This document shows, in pieces, positions 30,017-33,182 of a stretch of DNA of 33,182 bases. The notes beneath the pieces are model-generated. The model was not told the DNA's origin, did not search any database, and saw only the letters and a list, made by a program, of their open reading frames with translations. The position numbers and the translations under genes are program-made. The number at the start of each line of letters is the position of its first letter. Position 1 is the first letter of the stretch. Source of the DNA: Octopus bimaculoides (taxonomy: Eukaryota); contig NC_068991.1 in the NCBI RefSeq assembly GCF_001194135.2, positions 78,271,834-78,305,015 on the forward strand, in the 5' to 3' direction.

Positions 30017-30458
30017 TATTAAAAAAATATATAAATTCTTTCTAACTTGATTGGTATCAGCAGAGCATCAGATTAAGAGAAAAAAGAAGAAAGAAAAAAT
30101 ACTTATTTTAAAACTATATATTTTTCTATATTTGTTAATTTGAGAACTTAATCTTTTAACACTTGTAATATAAAAACGAATATCAGTTGTAAATATCAGA
30201 ACAGCTGTTAATTCCCTTTGGGCAAATATGTGTATGTGTGTGCACATACCAATACACCTATGTTTGTATGTGTATCTGTAGGGGTTTTTTGTGTGTGTGT
30301 GAATGTATGTACATATACCTACACACATATGCACATGGATATATGTACATATATATATATATATACATATATGTATGTCTGTGTTTGTATAGATATATCC
30401 ATATATATCTATGTATATATATGTGTCTATATATATATATATATGTATACACACACAC

Positions 30459-30495
<37 letters not shown>

Positions 30496-30796
30496 ACCAC
30501 ATGCATACATATATCTGTAATGTGTAATTGAGTATATTAGTGTGTGTGTGTGTCTGTGCATATATTTATATAGAAGTATATTTCAAATGTTCTCTCCAGA
30601 GAGGTTTGAGTTTTAGAGCAGAACCATGCATTCTTCAGTATTCCTTATTGCCATTGTTTGTCTGCCACTGGCGTTGGCAACAATCCCATTTTCTGATTGT
30701 GGTATGTTATTTTATATATTTCTTACAATTTCTTTAAGTGAACACAGTTGTTGATAGACAGAGGTCAAAGGGTGAAGTTTATATACATTAGTGTTT

Positions 30797-30878
30797 GTGT
30801 GTGTGTACTGCACATGTGTGTGTGTACTGCACGTGTGTGTGTGTACTGCACGTGTGTGTGTGCTGCACGTGTATGTGT
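30797..30878. repeat. About 18-bp minisatellite (gtgtgtgtactgcacgt) x4
   Basis: Four consecutive GT-derived units, each containing ctgcac(a/g)tg. Confidence 0.8.
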
Positions 30879-30913
30879 AAAAACTTTTGCAATCTATAGC
30901 AGACAGATATTAA

Positions 30914-31318
30914 CCATCTAGCATTCAGATTACTATCATCATCATCATCATCATAATGATCATTGCTTAACGTCTACTTTCAATGCTGGTATGGGTTGGA
31001 CGGTTTGACATGGAGCTTGCCAGCCACAGAGCTGGCCAGACTCCGACCGTCTGTTGTGGCATGATTTCTACAGTTGGATGCCCTTCCTAATGCCTGCATC
31101 AAATATAATCCTTAATCTTTATTTCTATAATCTTTATTTATAATCTATAATCTTTATTAATCCTGCAGTATCTCAAAGCTTTGAGATTTCTTTGATGTGA
31201 TTTTGTTTATCTTTAGAATGACATTGTTGGGTAAGTGTGAGAGGCCTGATCTATTCAATTTGAAATTAAAACAAGTAGAATATTTGGCCCAGTTATATTT
31301 GGTTTAAATGCTAAAGGG
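30914..31318. mobile_element. piggyBac-type (TTAA) MITE with a nested RTE 3'UTR copy (about 30935-31092, minus)
   Basis: TTAA (30910-13) + CCATCTAGCATT ... AATGCTAAAGGG + CTAA (31319-22); termini 10/12 complementary. A (CAT)n-started RTE tail interrupts it. Confidence 0.7.
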
Positions 31319-31393
31319 CTAAAGAGTTAAGGATCAGATGGGACCAGTTGAGTTGTTATTGATGAGTCCTTTGTCAATCCTGGTTGAGTAGAC

Positions 31394-31579
31394 CAGTGCT
31401 CCACAACCCTTTTTCACTTGTGGTATGCCTATATTCTTTTCAAAGTTTTGTGGCACACCTGAACTAAAAATATAATTAAAAGTATAGGGGAAAAAATTAT
31501 ATTCAGGTCACACTGTGGCATACCTAGCATCATTTTATGGCACATCAGTGTGCCATGGCATACAAGTTGCTGAGCACTG
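31394..31579. mobile_element. hAT-type MITE, 186 bp
   Basis: TIRs CAGTGCTCCACAAC / reverse complement CAGTGCTCAGCAAC; 8-bp TSD-like flanks gagtagac (31386-93) and gaatagat (31580-87), 6/8 identical. Confidence 0.8.
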
Positions 31580-31965
31580 GAATAGATCCGTGATCAAAGG
31601 TGTCTACTGATCATGCTACCTTATTTTCATTTTCTGAGCATAGGTTATTTCAGACTAAAATATTTATTTATGCATAATACACATTTCCATAAAGAAAGCA
31701 TGGTCATGTGATTTCCACAAAGTTGATTTTTATAGAAGGTGCACACTTACAGCTTACACAGGTAAATGTCAAAGGTCACTTTCAAATTAGTTTTGTTTAA
31801 GATATATGAACATTTTTCTATGTATTTTATACAGCAATTATAATAAATTTGACTAAACACACCTTTATCATACATTGTAATATTAAAGAAAAGTCTCATT
31901 GACTATTAAGGACAATAATGTCACCTCTAACTTTTTAATGTATGCTAAAATATGTTTAGCAATTT

Positions 31966-32144
31966 GCTTATTTTGGTAATAAACTTGGTGATGAAGTCAA
32001 ATTTTGGGCTTCATGCAAAGTATGTTGCATTTGTGTGGCGGAGCTGAAACTCTGAAAATCTGGTAAAAAGAAGAAATGTCTTCTGCAATACCAAATGTGT
32101 AGTGAGAGAGAACCGAGCAACCATGTGACGATTGTTATTTCTGC
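31966..32144 (+). pseudogene. Relic of a DNA-transposase N-terminal Cys/His zinc-binding region (Chapaev3-like)
   Basis: AYFGNKLGDEVKFWASCKVCCIC...L*.SGKKK..(MSSAIP.V)..REPSNH..DCYFC across small frameshifts matches the recalled pattern AYFG.K.GDQDK.WAP..CC..C...W..G...MPFA.PM.WREP.NH..DCYFC. Superfamily name is from memory. Confidence 0.55.
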
Positions 32145-32926
32145 ATTACTAAAGCTGATGAGTTCAGTGCAAATAATTTTCAACAAGTCTTAGTAAATTT
32201 ATATGGTCACCGAAAGATGAAAATATTAAATATTCATTAAAATGGGAAATTATTAGTACTGTGAAACCTTACAAAATGGGGGACAAAAAATTAAATTTAT
32301 ACCGAGAAGAATTATACTGAATATTTACTTTGATGAATAAATTAGTTAACACTAGACAAGAAAGAAGTTTTAATTGCTTTCACAAACAATGTCTTATTTT
32401 AAAAAAAATACAAACACTAGAATGCAAGAACCATGTAATTCTGGCCATTCAACTCTTTAAAATAACAATAGTAATTAAATTGAAAAAAATGTATAAAATT
32501 TACATTTAAATACTTCATTTTAATAACCGCATGGTGCCTACTGTAAGAACCCACTACTATTTCTATCACAACCAACTCAAAAATCTATTTAAAATACCAC
32601 GTAACTATAAGCAATGTAGAATAATTTAAAGGAAGTGTGTTCTATACATAACTACTCCAAAACAGTCCAGTAAAATTTGTCAACGTCCATAAAGACTCCT
32701 GCTGATGCCTACTAGATTTTCACACAAGCAATCAATTGTGAATAACAACTTGTACAACATGATTTACTGCTACTACCACTACCAAGCCTAATTTACACTA
32801 ATAATGGGGAGAATTACTCTGAACAATGACATATTTATTTGCCCTGAAAAGATTATACAAGTTATGGGCTGTGATGAGCTGTGTGTTGTGGTGGAGAGAG
32901 GTGAGGCAAACAGAAGTGAAGCCAGA

Positions 32927-32964
32927 CCGGAAGTCGGCGACACGCGGTCGAAGGCTAGCACGTG
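32927..32964 (+). promoter_or_regulatory. ETS/GABP motif CCGGAAGT (32927-32934) and E-box CACGTG (32959-32964) in a CpG-rich patch
   Basis: Motifs read directly; local GC/CpG enrichment against an AT-rich background. Confidence 0.5.
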
Positions 32965-33045
32965 GGGTCAGTCAGAAAACAGAGAGGTTACGAGAAAGAC
33001 TTGTTCTGATCAGGAGCGATCGTGTACTCCGCTGCAGTCGACAAG
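32935..33045 (+). other. Probable non-coding first exon of a gene continuing beyond the window
   Basis: CpG-rich, ATG-free segment ending in a strong donor AAG|GTAAGG at 33045/33046, followed by T-rich intron-like sequence. The 5' boundary is a guess. Confidence 0.55.
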
Positions 33046-33182
33046 GTAAGGTCCAACGTTTCATTCTGTCCTTTTGCTTCTTGTCTTTTTGGTGGACATT
33101 GGAATTAGACACTGAGGGAAAATGGCTGTAACTTTTTTATTTTTTAATTTTGGCGATTTTCGTTTTCGATAATGTGTTCTTT

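Noticed and set aside
1-33182. CRISPR arrays, rRNA or prokaryotic operon-type systems
   Set aside because: No regularly spaced repeat-spacer arrays or rRNA-like sequence; the window is eukaryotic intron/intergenic DNA.

Overview
AT-rich, repeat-dense eukaryotic genomic DNA with six N-gaps and many microsatellites. The SINE/RTE/MITE landscape looks like a coleoid cephalopod, probably Octopus (inference, not checked). Two protein-coding genes are well supported. The first is a minus-strand Angel-family EEP phosphatase/deadenylase-like gene with 4 coding exons (17189-16445, 14366-14137, 13723-13654, 12824-11791; 2079 nt = 692 aa + stop; all junctions GT-AG and in phase). The second is a divergently oriented single-exon CDPF1 homolog (23974-24312, +). 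A third gene appears to begin at the right edge with a non-coding first exon (to 33045). The rest is transposon debris: a full-length decayed Tc1/mariner (rosa-like) element with TIRs, RTE and CR1-type LINE fragments, several tRNA-derived SINE families, piggyBac and Chapaev3-like relics, and hAT/piggyBac-type MITEs. Most interesting observations: (1) a tRNA-headed SINE whose 3' tail carries a minimal Penelope-type hammerhead ribozyme motif, sitting next to an inverted copy of its own tail (29406-29791), with a third tail copy probably inside angel intron 1 in sense orientation; (2) a second, unrelated minimal hammerhead motif at 27601-27638; (3) a candidate poly-SUMO-interacting-motif array plus a 21-bp coding tandem repeat in the Angel N-terminal extension; (4) several long fold-back structures. 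Coordinates of degenerate repeats are approximate.
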